The notes beneath the pieces are model-generated. The model was not told where the DNA came from. It worked only from the letters and a program-made list of their open reading frames with translations, and did not search any database. Made by a program: the position numbers and the translations under genes. Source: Alphaproteobacteria bacterium (GTDB lineage: Bacteria; Pseudomonadota; Alphaproteobacteria; UBA828). Taken from it: DNA of 64,000 bases. Location of the stretch: positions 1,472,001 through 1,536,000 of the forward strand of contig CBDEFM010000002.1 in the NCBI GenBank assembly GCA_965237415.1. The letters are read 5' to 3'. Below are positions 1 through 10,137 of the stretch, one piece after another. Each line of letters opens with the position of its first letter. Position 1 is the first letter of the stretch.

Positions 1-1
1 G

Positions 2-1237
2 AAGGAACGAGCCACTGCCAACATCCGTGCCGAGGTCGCCGCCGAGCGCGAGAAGGTGCTCGCCGCCGGCGGGCTTCTGGTGCTCGGCAGCGAGCGCCAT
101 GAGGCCAGACGCATCGACAACCAGCTGCGCGGCCGCTCGGGCCGGCAGGGCGATCCCGGCGCCTCGCTCTTCTTCCTCTCCCTCGAAGACGACCTCATGC
201 GCATATTCGGCTCCGAGCGCATGGACTCGATGCTCTCCAAGCTCGGGCTGAAGGACGGCGAGGCGATCATCCATCCGTGGATCAACAAGGCGCTCGAGAA
301 GGCGCAGCAGAAGGTTGAGGCCCGCAACTACGAGATCCGCAAGAACCTTCTGAAGTTCGACAATGTGATGAACGACCAGCGCTCGGTGGTCTACGAGCAG
401 CGCAAGGACCTGATGCGCATCGACGATGTCTCGGAGACGGTTACCGACATGCGTCACGAGGTGGTCGACTCCATCGTCGACGATCACATCCCGGAGAAGG
501 CCTATCCCGAGCAATGGGACCTGGACGGCATGCACGATGCCTGCCGGCGGCTGCTCGGCGTGGACCTGCCGATCAAGGAGTGGGCCTCAGAAGAGGGCAT
601 CGCCGACGAGGAGATTCGCGACCGCATCGCCAAGGAGGCGGATGTCCACGTCGCCGCCAAGCTCAGCAACTACGGTGCCGATGTGTGGCGCCTTGCGGAA
701 AAGAGCCTGCTTCTCCAGATCCTCGACCAGAGCTGGAAGGACCACCTGCTGACCCTCGACCACCTCCGCCAGGGAATCGGTCTCAGGGCTTACGGCCAGC
801 GTGACCCGCTCAACGAATACAAGGCCGAGTCGTTCGAGATGTTCGAGAACATGCTGGCCAGCCTGCGCGAGCAGACGACCCAGCTACTCAGCCATGTGGA
901 GCTGCGGGTGGCCGGGCCGGACGAGGAGGACTCGCCCGTGCCCGAGCGGCGCGCGCCTCAGATGCAGGAGACCCGCCGCGAGCCCGCTCTCGCCAGCGCG
1001 GGCGCAGGAGCGTCAGCCGACGGGCCGCCTGCACTGCCGCCGGGTGGCGGCGGAGGCCGAGCGCCCGCACCGCGTGAGGCAGGCGAGCCCGCCCTAGCGG
1101 CGGCGGGAAACGGAACCGTCCGCCGTGCGGCGTTCGACCAGCGCAATCCCGAGACCTGGAGCAGGGTCGGCCGCAACGCCCCCTGTCCGTGCGGCTCCGG
1201 CCGCAAGTTCAAGCGCTGCCACGGCACACTCGCCTGA
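2..1237 (+). CDS. secA: Preprotein translocase SecA, 3' part (gene starts before the window)
   Basis: Frame open from base 2. Motifs [50 protein letters not shown]; C-terminal SEC-C zinc motif [19 protein letters not shown]. Confidence 0.98.
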   Translation, partial: KERATANIRAEVAAEREKVLAAGGLLVLGSERHEARRIDNQLRGRSGRQGDPGASLFFLSLEDDLMRIFGSERMDSMLSKLGLKDGEAIIHPWINKALEKAQQKVEARNYEIRKNLLKFDNVMNDQRSVVYEQRKDLMRIDDVSETVTDMRHEVVDSIVDDHIPEKAYPEQWDLDGMHDACRRLLGVDLPIKEWASEEGIADEEIRDRIAKEADVHVAAKLSNYGADVWRLAEKSLLLQILDQSWKDHLLTLDHLRQGIGLRAYGQRDPLNEYKAESFEMFENMLASLREQTTQLLSHVELRVAGPDEEDSPVPERRAPQMQETRREPALASAGAGASADGPPALPPGGGGGRAPAPREAGEPALAAAGNGTVRRAAFDQRNPETWSRVGRNAPCPCGSGRKFKRCHGTLA

Positions 1238-1355
1238 CTCGGCATTCAGTTTTTTGCAAAACGAAGCCAATTCGGCGCAACCGCTTGAATCGAAAGCGGA
1301 TTAGCGCTCCGAAGCGGGCCCGGCGAGGTATCGCCCGCGAGCTACGGGAGGCGGT

Positions 1356-1952
1356 TCAAATGATGATGCCGAGCGAGCGGCGCCACTTGCTCTCGTGGTC
1401 GGTGCCGAGAACGAGGTCGGGGTCGGCGTCGGTCACCGTCCAATCGCCGCGCGCGAGCTCCCCCTCCAGTTGCGCCGGACCCCAACCACTGTAGCCGAAT
1501 ATGATCAGGCTGCGGCGCGGGCCCTGGCCGAGCGCGATGTCGATCAGCACCTCGGAACTGACGGTCAGCGCGATACCGCTGGAGACCTGCTGCGTCCCGT
1601 CCACCTCATAGTCGGCGGAGTGGAGGACGAACCAGCGGTCGGGATCCACAGGGCCGCCGTAATGCAGGGTGACGGAGCCCTGCACGTTGAACCCGTATTC
1701 ATCGGCTTCGATGCCGAGTTCGTCGAGGAGCGCGGCGATGGGCCCGATGGCGCTCGGCTTGTTGACCACCAGCCCGAATGCGCCGTTCGCGTCATGCTCG
1801 ACGAGATAGATCACCGTCTCCTGGAAGCGCGGGTCGGGCATGCCCTCGCCCGCGACCAGGACCTTCCCGGTGAGCGAGGCCGCCTGCACGGCACCCGCTG
1901 CTGCGCCGGCGGCCAGGAACGCGATCAGACCAAGGGCTCGCAACAGGCGCAT
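1356..1952 (-). CDS. YqgE/AlgH family protein with N-terminal hydrophobic leader
   Basis: LVAGEGMPDPRFQETVIYLVEH, GAFGLVVNKP, YGGPV, GYSGWGPAQLEGEL. ATG at 1952 chosen over the longer ORF start. Confidence 0.9.
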   Translation of the reverse strand: MRLLRALGLIAFLAAGAAAGAVQAASLTGKVLVAGEGMPDPRFQETVIYLVEHDANGAFGLVVNKPSAIGPIAALLDELGIEADEYGFNVQGSVTLHYGGPVDPDRWFVLHSADYEVDGTQQVSSGIALTVSSEVLIDIALGQGPRRSLIIFGYSGWGPAQLEGELARGDWTVTDADPDLVLGTDHESKWRRSLGIII

Positions 1953-1962
1953 GGCGCGGTCC

Positions 1963-2652
1963 TCAGCCGATGCCCAGCAGCGCGGGAAGCTCGGCGAGCG
2001 TGGCGATCTCCGCGTCGGGCGCTTCGGGCACGCGCTCCTGCCCCTGACCGAAGCGGTTGCACCAGGCGACGCGGAAGCCGAAGGCCGCGGCGGCGTTGGC
2101 ATCCCAGGCGTTGGAAGACTGGAAACTCACGTTGGCCCCTTCCACGCCGAGCCGATCCACCACCAGTCGGTAGACAGAGGGGTGCGGCTTATAGATTCCG
2201 ACCTCTTCGACCGAGAGCACGGCATCGAGGCTGTCTGCGATCCCCGCCGCCTCGACGGCAGCATCGAGCATCCCGGACTCGCCGTTGGAGAGGATAGCGG
2301 TCCTGAGCCCGTGCGCCCTGAGTGTCACCAGCGTCTCCTGCACTTCGGGGTAAGCATCCAGGGTGAGGTAAGCCTCCATCAGGTTGGCGCGGAGGGCCTC
2401 ATCCTCGATACCGAGCTCCCCCATGGCAAAGTCGAGCGCCTCGCCCGTGACTTGCCAGAACCCCGTGTAGCGGCCCATGAGGCTGCGAAGCCAAGTGTAC
2501 TGAAGCTGCTTGAGGCGCCAGAGATCGGCGAGCGGCGCGGCCTTCTCGCCGAGCACCGCGTTATGCCGCCCGGCCGCCGCGTTGTAGTCGAACAGAGTCC
2601 CGTAAGCGTCGAAGACACAGACAGAAATATCGCCGAAGCGTGGATGGGCCAT
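1963..2652 (-). CDS. Haloacid dehalogenase type II (2-haloacid dehalogenase-like)
   Basis: VFDAYGTLFD, WRLKQLQYTWL, AILSNG, IYKPHPSVY, SSNAWD. Confidence 0.92.
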   Translation of the reverse strand: MAHPRFGDISVCVFDAYGTLFDYNAAAGRHNAVLGEKAAPLADLWRLKQLQYTWLRSLMGRYTGFWQVTGEALDFAMGELGIEDEALRANLMEAYLTLDAYPEVQETLVTLRAHGLRTAILSNGESGMLDAAVEAAGIADSLDAVLSVEEVGIYKPHPSVYRLVVDRLGVEGANVSFQSSNAWDANAAAAFGFRVAWCNRFGQGQERVPEAPDAEIATLAELPALLGIG

Positions 2653-2754
2653 GCCCTACTCCTCCCGATCCCGGCGGATCCTGCCGGGGCACCGCTACGG
2701 CTATCGGGCCGGCGGCTTCAGCCGCCGCGTGTGACCCGCGTCTCCGCTCCCGGC

Positions 2755-2973
2755 CTACTTGTGGCGGAAGATGATCCGGCCCTTCGACAGATCGTAGGGC
2801 GTCATCTCGACATCGACCCGGTCGCCGACGAGCACGCGGATGCGGAATTTCCGCATCTTACCCGCTGGACGCGCGATGATTTCGTGGCCGTTGTCGAGCG
2901 CCACGCGGAACATCGTATCCGGCAGCTTTTCGCGAACCGTGCCGGAAAATTCGAGCAAGTCTTCTTTGACCAT
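2755..2973 (-). CDS. infA: Translation initiation factor IF-1
   Basis: 72 aa: [33 protein letters not shown]...[33 protein letters not shown]. Confidence 0.96.
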   Translation of the reverse strand: MVKEDLLEFSGTVREKLPDTMFRVALDNGHEIIARPAGKMRKFRIRVLVGDRVDVEMTPYDLSKGRIIFRHK

Positions 2974-3307
2974 AACCGAAGCCGTTGCTTCTTGATCCAG
3001 AGGGCGGCGAGCGGGGCCGCGGAGCATTTCAACCGCACCAGCGGCCGCCCGGGCCGGTTTGTGGCACAGCGCGGCCGGATTGTTAACCCGCAAATCTTTC
3101 CGGGTTCATGGCCTGCGCGGCGAGTTCGGGCAATTCATGGAGACGGCCGGAGCGCACAGACAGTGGCTGCGCGTGTTCAGCGCGGTTGGCAGGCGGGGCC
3201 ATGATGCTATGTTGACGGAATGTTGGAGATGGGCAAATTCGGGCGAAAACGAACCGGGTGCCGGTGGCGCGCCGGCCCAAACGGACTTGTCGGAGTGGAC
3301 TCGTAGA

Positions 3308-4402
3308 ATGGCGCAGCTTCGCCTCACGGGGCTGATCAAGAGCTACGGCTCGGTCCACGCACTACGCGGCGTGGACCTCGAGATCGAGGACGGTGAGTTC
3401 TTCGTCCTGTTCGGTCCGAGCGCGGCGGGAAAGACAACGACGCTCCGCATCATCGCCGGCCTCGAGCGGCCGGACGGCGGCACGCTCACGGTGGACGGGC
3501 ACGACCTCACGGGCGTCCCGGTCAAGCGCCGCGACATGGCGATGGTGTTCCAGAGCTTCGCCCTCTACCCCCACCTCACAACCTTTCAGAACCTCGCCTA
3601 TCCGCTACGCGAGATGAAGCTGCGCCGGAAGGAAATCGACACGCGGGTGCGGGAGACCGCGGAGCTGCTCCGTATCACCCACACGCTGGACCGCAAGCCG
3701 GCATCGCTCAGCGGCGGCGAGCAGCAGCGGCTCGCCATCGGGCGCGCCATCATCCGCCGCCCGCGGCTCTTCCTCTTCGACGAGCCGCTCACCAACCTCG
3801 ATGCGAAGCTCCGCCACGACATGCGCGCCGAGTTCAAGCGCCTGCACCGGGAGCTCGGCACCACCACGCTCTACGCGACTCCTGACCAACTGGAGGCGCT
3901 CAGCATCGGCGAGCGCGTCGCCGTCATCCAGCACGGGCGCATTACGCAGGTCGACACGCCCGAGCGGCTCTACGCCAGGCCGGTCGACCGCCACGTCGCG
4001 GCGCTGATCGGCGATCCGCCTATCAACCTGATCAAGGGCACGCTCAAGCTGGGCGGGAACACGGGCCCGGCCATCGAGCTCCCGTTCATGGAACTGGACG
4101 GCAACCCCTGGCGCGAGAGGCTGCAAGCGCTCGACGCCGGCACCGAGCTGCTGGTCGGCATCAGGCCGCACGACCTCACGCTGGTCGACGACGGCGGCGA
4201 CGGCGTTGCGGCGACGATCGAGATCACCGAGCCGCAGGGCGACATCACGATACTCGACCTCAAGGCGGAAGGTGTTGCGCTGCGCATGGTGGTGGCGGAA
4301 GCGACCGGAGCCCGCTACACCGCCGGCGACCGAGTACGAATTGCGCTCGCCGGCGCCGACACGAGACTTTTCCTGAGCGACTCTGGCACCATGGTGGCGT
4401 AG
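3308..4402 (+). CDS. Carbohydrate (CUT1/MalK-like) ABC ATP-binding protein
   Basis: Walker A GPSAAGKTT, LSGGEQQR, Walker B LFLFDEPLTNLD, TOBE-like tail. ATG at 3308. Confidence 0.92.
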   Translation: MAQLRLTGLIKSYGSVHALRGVDLEIEDGEFFVLFGPSAAGKTTTLRIIAGLERPDGGTLTVDGHDLTGVPVKRRDMAMVFQSFALYPHLTTFQNLAYPLREMKLRRKEIDTRVRETAELLRITHTLDRKPASLSGGEQQRLAIGRAIIRRPRLFLFDEPLTNLDAKLRHDMRAEFKRLHRELGTTTLYATPDQLEALSIGERVAVIQHGRITQVDTPERLYARPVDRHVAALIGDPPINLIKGTLKLGGNTGPAIELPFMELDGNPWRERLQALDAGTELLVGIRPHDLTLVDDGGDGVAATIEITEPQGDITILDLKAEGVALRMVVAEATGARYTAGDRVRIALAGADTRLFLSDSGTMVA

Positions 4403-4490
4403 GATGCGGCGCGCCCGCCGGAGCAGCTTGCCGGCATGACCGACGGCAGGTCCGCCGCGGTTCGCGAGTAGAGCAAAAGGGGAGACGAGC

Positions 4491-5921
4491 ATGAGAGGCA
4501 TGACGAAGGGCAAGGCGGCACTGCTCGCCGGCGCGGTGGCGCTGGTCGGCTCCGCCATGTGGGGAGGCCCCGCCCAGGCCGAGGACATCACCATCAACAT
4601 GGCAGCGCCCGATTGGCCGCCGACGCGCATCATGCAGGACATGGCGAACGCGAGCTACCAGGCGCCGAGCGGCAACACCGTGACGCTCGTGATCGACTTC
4701 ATCCCGTGGCCCGACTACTACACGCGGCTCGCGGCCTCGCTGACCTCGGGCGAGGAGAAGTACCAGATGGCGGTCAGCGACAGCCAGTGGCTGGGCGCCA
4801 ACATCGAGGGCGGCTACTACATGAAGATCAACGACTTCATCGATGCCGACCCGGGTCTGCAGGCGGTGTTCGAGGATCTGCATCCCAACCTCGTCGCGTC
4901 CTATTCCACCTATCCGCATCGGTCGGAGAACTACTACGGCTTCCCGCAGATGCCGGACGTGCTGGTGGTCTACTACCGTGAGGACCTGTTCTGCCATGAC
5001 GGCGAGATGGCCGCGTTCAAGGAGAAGTACGGCTACGACCTGCCGTGTTCGCCCGAGGAACATAACGAAGTCCATTGGGACCAGGTAGCCGACTTCGGCG
5101 AGTTCTTCCGCCGGGGTTCCGGTGACTCACTGGGCGGCGAGGCCTTGACCGACGACTTCTACGGAATCGCCTATCAGGCCGGCAAGGGCTACGACTTCTC
5201 CAGCATGCAGATCAACGGCTTCATCTGGCAGCACGGTGGCAGCATCTGGGACGAAACCATGGAGCCCGAAGGCCAGGCGCTCGGCGTCGTGAACTCCGAC
5301 GTCGCCGTTGAGGCTTTCGAGCATTATCTCTCGCTCACCCAGCACATGCCGCCGGTGGTCCAGACCGGCTCGATGGACATTTTCAAGGTCGACGAGCTGT
5401 TCCGCGAGGGCAAGGTCGCCTGGATCATCCAGTGGATCGGTTTCGGCGAATCGGCGATCTCGCCGGACACCTCGAAGGTCTCCGACCAGGTCAACTTCGC
5501 CAAGATGCCAGGCCTCAAGGTGGGCGACGAGATCGTGCGCTGGTCCAACATCGGCGGGCAGCCCTTCGTGCTGACCACCTGGAACAGCGACACGGTGGTC
5601 CAAGAGTCGCTCGACTTCTGCAAGTGGTGGCTCTCCACCCCCGTGCAGCACGAGTTCGCCTCGCGCGGCGGGCAGAGCGGCCTGAAGAGCGTCTACACCA
5701 CGCCCGAGTACATGGAGTACCGGCCGTGGAACCACGCCTTCGGCCCGAGCCTCGACTGGCAGAGGGACGTCTGGCACATCCCCGAGTTCTTCGAGCTGCT
5801 GGTGCAGCAGCAGGAAGAGTTCGACAAGGCGATCACCGGACAGCTCTCCGCCAAGGAGGCGCTGGACAACATCGCCGTATTCCAGGATGACCTCCTGCGC
5901 GAAGCAGGACGCATCGAGTAG
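4491..5921 (+). CDS. Carbohydrate ABC substrate-binding protein
   Basis: Signal peptide ending AQA, SBP_bac_1-like features (YYGFPQMPD, YYREDLF), located within the ABC cluster. Confidence 0.88.
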   Translation: MRGMTKGKAALLAGAVALVGSAMWGGPAQAEDITINMAAPDWPPTRIMQDMANASYQAPSGNTVTLVIDFIPWPDYYTRLAASLTSGEEKYQMAVSDSQWLGANIEGGYYMKINDFIDADPGLQAVFEDLHPNLVASYSTYPHRSENYYGFPQMPDVLVVYYREDLFCHDGEMAAFKEKYGYDLPCSPEEHNEVHWDQVADFGEFFRRGSGDSLGGEALTDDFYGIAYQAGKGYDFSSMQINGFIWQHGGSIWDETMEPEGQALGVVNSDVAVEAFEHYLSLTQHMPPVVQTGSMDIFKVDELFREGKVAWIIQWIGFGESAISPDTSKVSDQVNFAKMPGLKVGDEIVRWSNIGGQPFVLTTWNSDTVVQESLDFCKWWLSTPVQHEFASRGGQSGLKSVYTTPEYMEYRPWNHAFGPSLDWQRDVWHIPEFFELLVQQQEEFDKAITGQLSAKEALDNIAVFQDDLLREAGRIE

Positions 5922-5937
5922 CGATCGAGGCGGTATC

Positions 5938-5978
5938 GGGGGCGGCTCCGCATTTGGGGGCCGCCCCCCTTTCCTTCC
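5938..5978 (+). terminator. GC-rich hairpin after the SBP gene (attenuator or mRNA stabiliser)
   Basis: GGGGGCGGCTCC...GGGGCCGCCCCC stem followed by a pyrimidine tract. Confidence 0.55.
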
Positions 5979-6020
5979 CACCGATTGCCTAAGTCAAAGC
6001 GATTAACCGGCCCCTGAGTC

Positions 6021-6938
6021 ATGGCCGCTACCTATCACGTCGAGCGCGGAACGCTTCTGGAGCGCTTTTTCGAGCGCAACCGCGGGCCGCTCCTGGTCGC
6101 GCCGGCGCTCGCCGTGCTGGTCATCATGAATATCTTTCCGCTGCTCTGGTCCTTCGGCCTGAGCTTTTATCGATATCGGGCGAACCGCGTCAAAGAACCG
6201 GAATTCGTCTGGTTCAAGAACTACGAAAAGGTGCTCTCCGACCCGGTGGTCTGGGAGCGCTTCCAGACGACGGCGATCATCGTGACGATCGACGTGCTGC
6301 TGCAGCTCGTGGTGGGCTTCCTGCTGGCGCTGCTCTTCGAGAAGACCTTCCCCGGCCGCCGCGTGCTCCTGATGCTGGTGCTGACGCCGATGATGCTGAG
6401 CTTCGTCGCGGTCGGCGCCTTCTTCCGCTACTACTACGAGCCGACGTTCGGGTTGCTGAGCCAGGCGGTGAAGGCGATCACGGGCGAGCCCTTCATCCTC
6501 CTCGGCTCGCAGGTGGGCGCGCTCGCCGGCATCATCTTCGCCGACGTCTGGATGTGGTCGCCCTTCGTGATGCTGCTGGTGCTGGCCGGCCTCGTCAGCG
6601 TGCCGAAGCACCTCTACGAGGCGGCGGAGATCGACCGGGCCTCGTGGTGGCGGCGGTTCTGGACGATCACCTTCCCCTACATCCGGGGCCTCCTGCTGCT
6701 GGCGATCCTCTTCCGCACCATCGAGGCGTTCAAGCTCTTCGACATCGTGTTCCTGATCACCGAGGGCGGGCCGGGCACCTCGACCGAGACCATCGCGGTC
6801 TACGTCTATCGAGTGGCCTTCCAGTACTTCAAGACGAGCCAATCGGCGGCGCTCGGCTATATCCTGCTCTTCGTGGTCATCGTGCTGACCAACCTCTATC
6901 TCTTCTTCGTCAGGCGACGGGCGGAAGAGGAGCCTTAA
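6021..6938 (+). CDS. Carbohydrate ABC permease (MalF-like)
   Basis: Hydrophobic segments, EAA motif LYEAAEIDRAS, TEGGPG. Confidence 0.92.
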   Translation: MAATYHVERGTLLERFFERNRGPLLVAPALAVLVIMNIFPLLWSFGLSFYRYRANRVKEPEFVWFKNYEKVLSDPVVWERFQTTAIIVTIDVLLQLVVGFLLALLFEKTFPGRRVLLMLVLTPMMLSFVAVGAFFRYYYEPTFGLLSQAVKAITGEPFILLGSQVGALAGIIFADVWMWSPFVMLLVLAGLVSVPKHLYEAAEIDRASWWRRFWTITFPYIRGLLLLAILFRTIEAFKLFDIVFLITEGGPGTSTETIAVYVYRVAFQYFKTSQSAALGYILLFVVIVLTNLYLFFVRRRAEEEP

Positions 6939-6941
6939 GCC

Positions 6942-7811
6942 ATGGCGCGCAGACGACCTGAGATCGGCAAGGCAGGCTGGCGTCAGACCGCGGTCTCGAC
7001 GGTGATCAGCTTCATCTACTTCTTCCCGGTGTTGTGGATCATCCTGACCGCGTTCAAGTCGCACACCGACGCGCTCTCCACCCCGCCCGAGTTCATCTTC
7101 ACGCCGACGCTGGAGAATTTCGCCAACGTCTTCTCGCGCGCCTACGAGCGCGGCGGCGCCTCGGTGGACACCGGCTTCGACCTCTTCTTCTTCAACAGCA
7201 TCTTCATCGCCGGCGCCTCGGTCGCGGTAGCGCTGATCCTCGGCACGATCGCGGCCTACGGCTTCTCGCGATGGCCGCTCAAGGGCAACGAAACCTATCT
7301 CTTCATCATCCTCACGACCCGAATGCTGCCGCCGATCATCGTCATCATCCCGATCTTCATCATGTTCCGCGTGAGCGGGCTGTCGGGCAGCTACATCGGG
7401 ATCATCCTGCTGTACGCAGCCTTCAACCTGCCCTTCACCATCTGGATGATGAAGAGCTTCTTCGACGAGATACCGCGCGAGGTGGAAGACGCGGCGCGAA
7501 TGGACGGCAGCTCGGAGATGAAGATCTTCTTCCGCATCTGCATACCGCAGGTGAAGGCGGGCATCGCGGCGACCGCAGTCTTCGGGCTGATCCTGACCTG
7601 GAACGAGTTCCTCTTCGCCCTGCTGCTCACCGGCCGCGACACGCGAACGGTGCCGGTCGCCATGGCGCAGACCATCGGCGGCGACATCGGCGTGCGCTGG
7701 GGGCTGCTGGCGGCCATCGAGACGCTGTTCCTCATCCCCGTCGTGTTCGTGACGTTCCTGCTGCAGAACCAGCTGCTGCGCGGCGTCACCTTCGGCACGA
7801 TCAAGCGGTAG
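6942..7811 (+). CDS. Carbohydrate ABC permease (MalG-like)
   Basis: EVEDAARMDGSS, WNEFLFAL. Confidence 0.92.
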   Translation: MARRRPEIGKAGWRQTAVSTVISFIYFFPVLWIILTAFKSHTDALSTPPEFIFTPTLENFANVFSRAYERGGASVDTGFDLFFFNSIFIAGASVAVALILGTIAAYGFSRWPLKGNETYLFIILTTRMLPPIIVIIPIFIMFRVSGLSGSYIGIILLYAAFNLPFTIWMMKSFFDEIPREVEDAARMDGSSEMKIFFRICIPQVKAGIAATAVFGLILTWNEFLFALLLTGRDTRTVPVAMAQTIGGDIGVRWGLLAAIETLFLIPVVFVTFLLQNQLLRGVTFGTIKR

Positions 7812-7818
7812 CGCACCC

Positions 7819-8919
7819 ATGGCCGACATCGAGCTGCGCAACCTGAGCAAGCACTTCGGCACGCTCGCCGCGGTCGACGACATCGACCTCGACGTGGAGG
7901 CCGGCGAGGTGGTGTGCCTGCTCGGCCCGTCGGGCTGCGGCAAGACCACGACGCTCCGCATGATTGCCGGCCTCGAGGAAGCGACGGCGGGCGAGATCTT
8001 CATCGCCGGCACACGGGTCAACGACCTCGCGCCGCGCGATCGAGACATCGCGATGGTGTTCCAGTTCTACGCGCTCTACCCGAGCCTGACGGTAGCCGAG
8101 AACCTGGCCTTCCCGCTCCACGCCGAGCGCATCACGAAAGAGGAAATCGACCGCCGGGTGCAGGAGATCGCCGGCCTTCTCGACCTCTCCCATGCGCTCG
8201 GCCGGGTCCCCGGCCGGCTCGCGGAGGGCGAGAAGCAGCGCGTCGCCGTCGGCCGCGCGATCATCCGCGACCCGCAGTGTTTCCTCTTCGACGAACCCTT
8301 GAGCCGCCTCGACATCGTCGTCCGCCAGGAGATGCGCGGGCAGATCAAGCGGCTCTTGAACGGTCTGCACAAGGCGACCGTGATCGTGACCCACGATCAG
8401 ATCGAAGCGCTCACCATCGCCGACAGGATCGCGGTCATGCGCGATGGCATCATCGAGCAGGTGGCGAGCCCGCACGACATCTTCGCCAAGCCGGCCAACG
8501 TCTTCGTCGCGGGCTTCATCGGCACACCGCAGATGAACCTCATCGAGGCACGCGTCATCGACGCGGACGAGGATACGGCGACCGTGGACATGCTGGGCCA
8601 GGAGGTCGTGCTGCCCCTGCACGCGGAGGTCTCCTTGCAGGGCGATAGCGGACGGCGCAACACACCGCTCACCGTGGGCGTGCGCCCGCGCGGCCTCGCA
8701 TCGGCTTCCGAGGCGGGCCCCACCACCATCTCCGGCCGCATCGACCTGATCGAGCCGATGGGAGCGGAGACCCTGATCCACCTCCGCATCGGCGACGACG
8801 ATCTGCGCGTCGTGGCCGGCCGCGGATACCCGGTCGCGGTCGGCGAGACCTTGCACGTGGCGCCGGCTGAGGGGCAGGTCCATCTGTTCGACCATGACGG
8901 CTTGAGGATCGCCTCGTGA
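7819..8919 (+). CDS. Second carbohydrate ABC ATP-binding protein
   Basis: GPSGCGKTT, variant signature LAEGEKQR, FLFDEPLSRLD, FIGTPQMN. Confidence 0.92.
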   Translation: MADIELRNLSKHFGTLAAVDDIDLDVEAGEVVCLLGPSGCGKTTTLRMIAGLEEATAGEIFIAGTRVNDLAPRDRDIAMVFQFYALYPSLTVAENLAFPLHAERITKEEIDRRVQEIAGLLDLSHALGRVPGRLAEGEKQRVAVGRAIIRDPQCFLFDEPLSRLDIVVRQEMRGQIKRLLNGLHKATVIVTHDQIEALTIADRIAVMRDGIIEQVASPHDIFAKPANVFVAGFIGTPQMNLIEARVIDADEDTATVDMLGQEVVLPLHAEVSLQGDSGRRNTPLTVGVRPRGLASASEAGPTTISGRIDLIEPMGAETLIHLRIGDDDLRVVAGRGYPVAVGETLHVAPAEGQVHLFDHDGLRIAS

Positions 8920-9209
8920 GCGAGGCTCCGGCACGGCGCAACATGTCCCGCCGCACGGCGCGATTGATCGTGCTGGCGATCATCGCGCTCTGCCTGCTCG
9001 CGCTTGTCTTCATTTTCCAGCCCGTGTACCGCCCGCTCTACTCGGCCGGCTGCGTGATGGTGGTGGCCGGGGGACTCATGTTCAATCTCGTCCCCTTCGC
9101 CAATACACAGAACCCGGTGCGCCGCGTGGTGCGCGTCAGCCTGATCGTCCTCGCGATCCTGATGACCGCCGTGCTGGTCGCCATCGGCTTCGTCGAGATA
9201 CTGCTGTAG
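8916..9209 (+). CDS. Small hypothetical membrane protein (about 3 TM)
   Basis: GTGA overlap with the upstream ATPase; three hydrophobic stretches. Confidence 0.7.
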   Translation: MSEAPARRNMSRRTARLIVLAIIALCLLALVFIFQPVYRPLYSAGCVMVVAGGLMFNLVPFANTQNPVRRVVRVSLIVLAILMTAVLVAIGFVEILL

Positions 9210-9211
9210 CG

Positions 9212-9676
9212 ATGACGAGGGACGGCTACGTCGACCTTGTGGAGAGGCGCTACTTCGGGAACGTCGCGCAAGCCGACATCCCGGCGGTGGTCGCCTGCTT
9301 CACCGACGACGCCCTGGTCACGATCTATCACGGCGATGCCGCACCACGCCTCTTCAAGGCTCAACCGGGCGCTGGCGAGACCCCGCTGCCCCGCTTCTTC
9401 GAGCATCTGCTCGCCAACTACGACCCGCAATTCACCGAATTCGTCCACTACGTGGACACAGGGGGCGAGCGCTGCGCCGCGACCTTCCTCGTCACGCTGA
9501 CGCCGAAACCGGACTCGACCTATCGCGACGCCGGTGTGCAGCGCTTGCGCAACTGCAACTTCTTCCGCTGCCGGGACGGGCTCATCCACGAGATGACCAT
9601 CTACTACAGCAACCCCGGCTCCGCAGGCGGCACGGAGGCCCACGGCGCCCGCCCCACCGGCTTTCCTCAGGCCTAG
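9212..9676 (+). CDS. SnoaL/NTF2-like family protein
   Basis: LVERRYFGNV...DIPAVVACFTDDA, NCNFFRCRDGLIHEMTIYY; operonic position. Confidence 0.8.
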   Translation: MTRDGYVDLVERRYFGNVAQADIPAVVACFTDDALVTIYHGDAAPRLFKAQPGAGETPLPRFFEHLLANYDPQFTEFVHYVDTGGERCAATFLVTLTPKPDSTYRDAGVQRLRNCNFFRCRDGLIHEMTIYYSNPGSAGGTEAHGARPTGFPQA

Positions 9677-9679
9677 CCC

Positions 9680-9880
9680 CTAGCCCGCACCATGGTGCGA
9701 TGCACGGCGTGCGCCGCCTACGCCACAGTTTCGCGTCATGCGGTGCACGAACGAGCGGACCAAGGCGGGCTCGATAGTCGGCAATTCTCACCGGGTCGCG
9801 CGCCGTATCTGGCCCGCGTGTCCCGCGGAATCTCACTTATCCCACTTAATCCCACTTAATCCCGGCGAATCCCGCTTCAA
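9680..9880. repeat. Dispersed non-coding module: ACCATGGTGCG-TGCAC motif plus phased TCCC array; inverted homolog of 31401-31629
   Basis: ACCATGGTGCGATGCACGGCGTGCGC...TGCGGTGCACGAACGAGCGG and TCCCGCGGAATCTCACTTATCCCACTTAATCCCACTTAATCCCGGCGAATCCCGCTTCAA match the reverse complements of 31561-31623 and 31401-31450. Confidence 0.85.
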
Positions 9881-10137
9881 AAAAGGGGGTTTCCCGCGTG
9901 CGTCGTGCTCCCTCACCCGGCGTTCGTTGCGCGCGTACCGGCCCGGCGCTACAGTCGGCCCGCCGATGCGGCCTTGGCGGGCCGTGCGACCGCCCGAACG
10001 ACGGAACGGTCGGTCCCCGTCGGCGAACGGTCGAGGCGCCGTGGAGGTGCGGGAGCGCTCGCTCCAGTCGGAAATCCGCCTCATGCATTGAAGAATGAGG
10101 AGGAGGCGCGATCCCCGCGGGGATCGCGGCGCACGAC

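Noticed and set aside
9821-9880. Telomere-like or CRISPR repeat; peptides such as ESHLSHLIPLNP in ORF-track entries
   Set aside because: Internal, degenerate roughly 10-bp units without spacers. The short ORFs crossing it differ in frame and extent between copies and lack RBS or coding bias.
9950-10110. Moco riboswitch or ModE box upstream of modA
   Set aside because: Hairpins are present, but I could not match the conserved Moco RNA core or the TATAT-N7-TAYAT ModE pattern; an Rfam cmscan would settle it.
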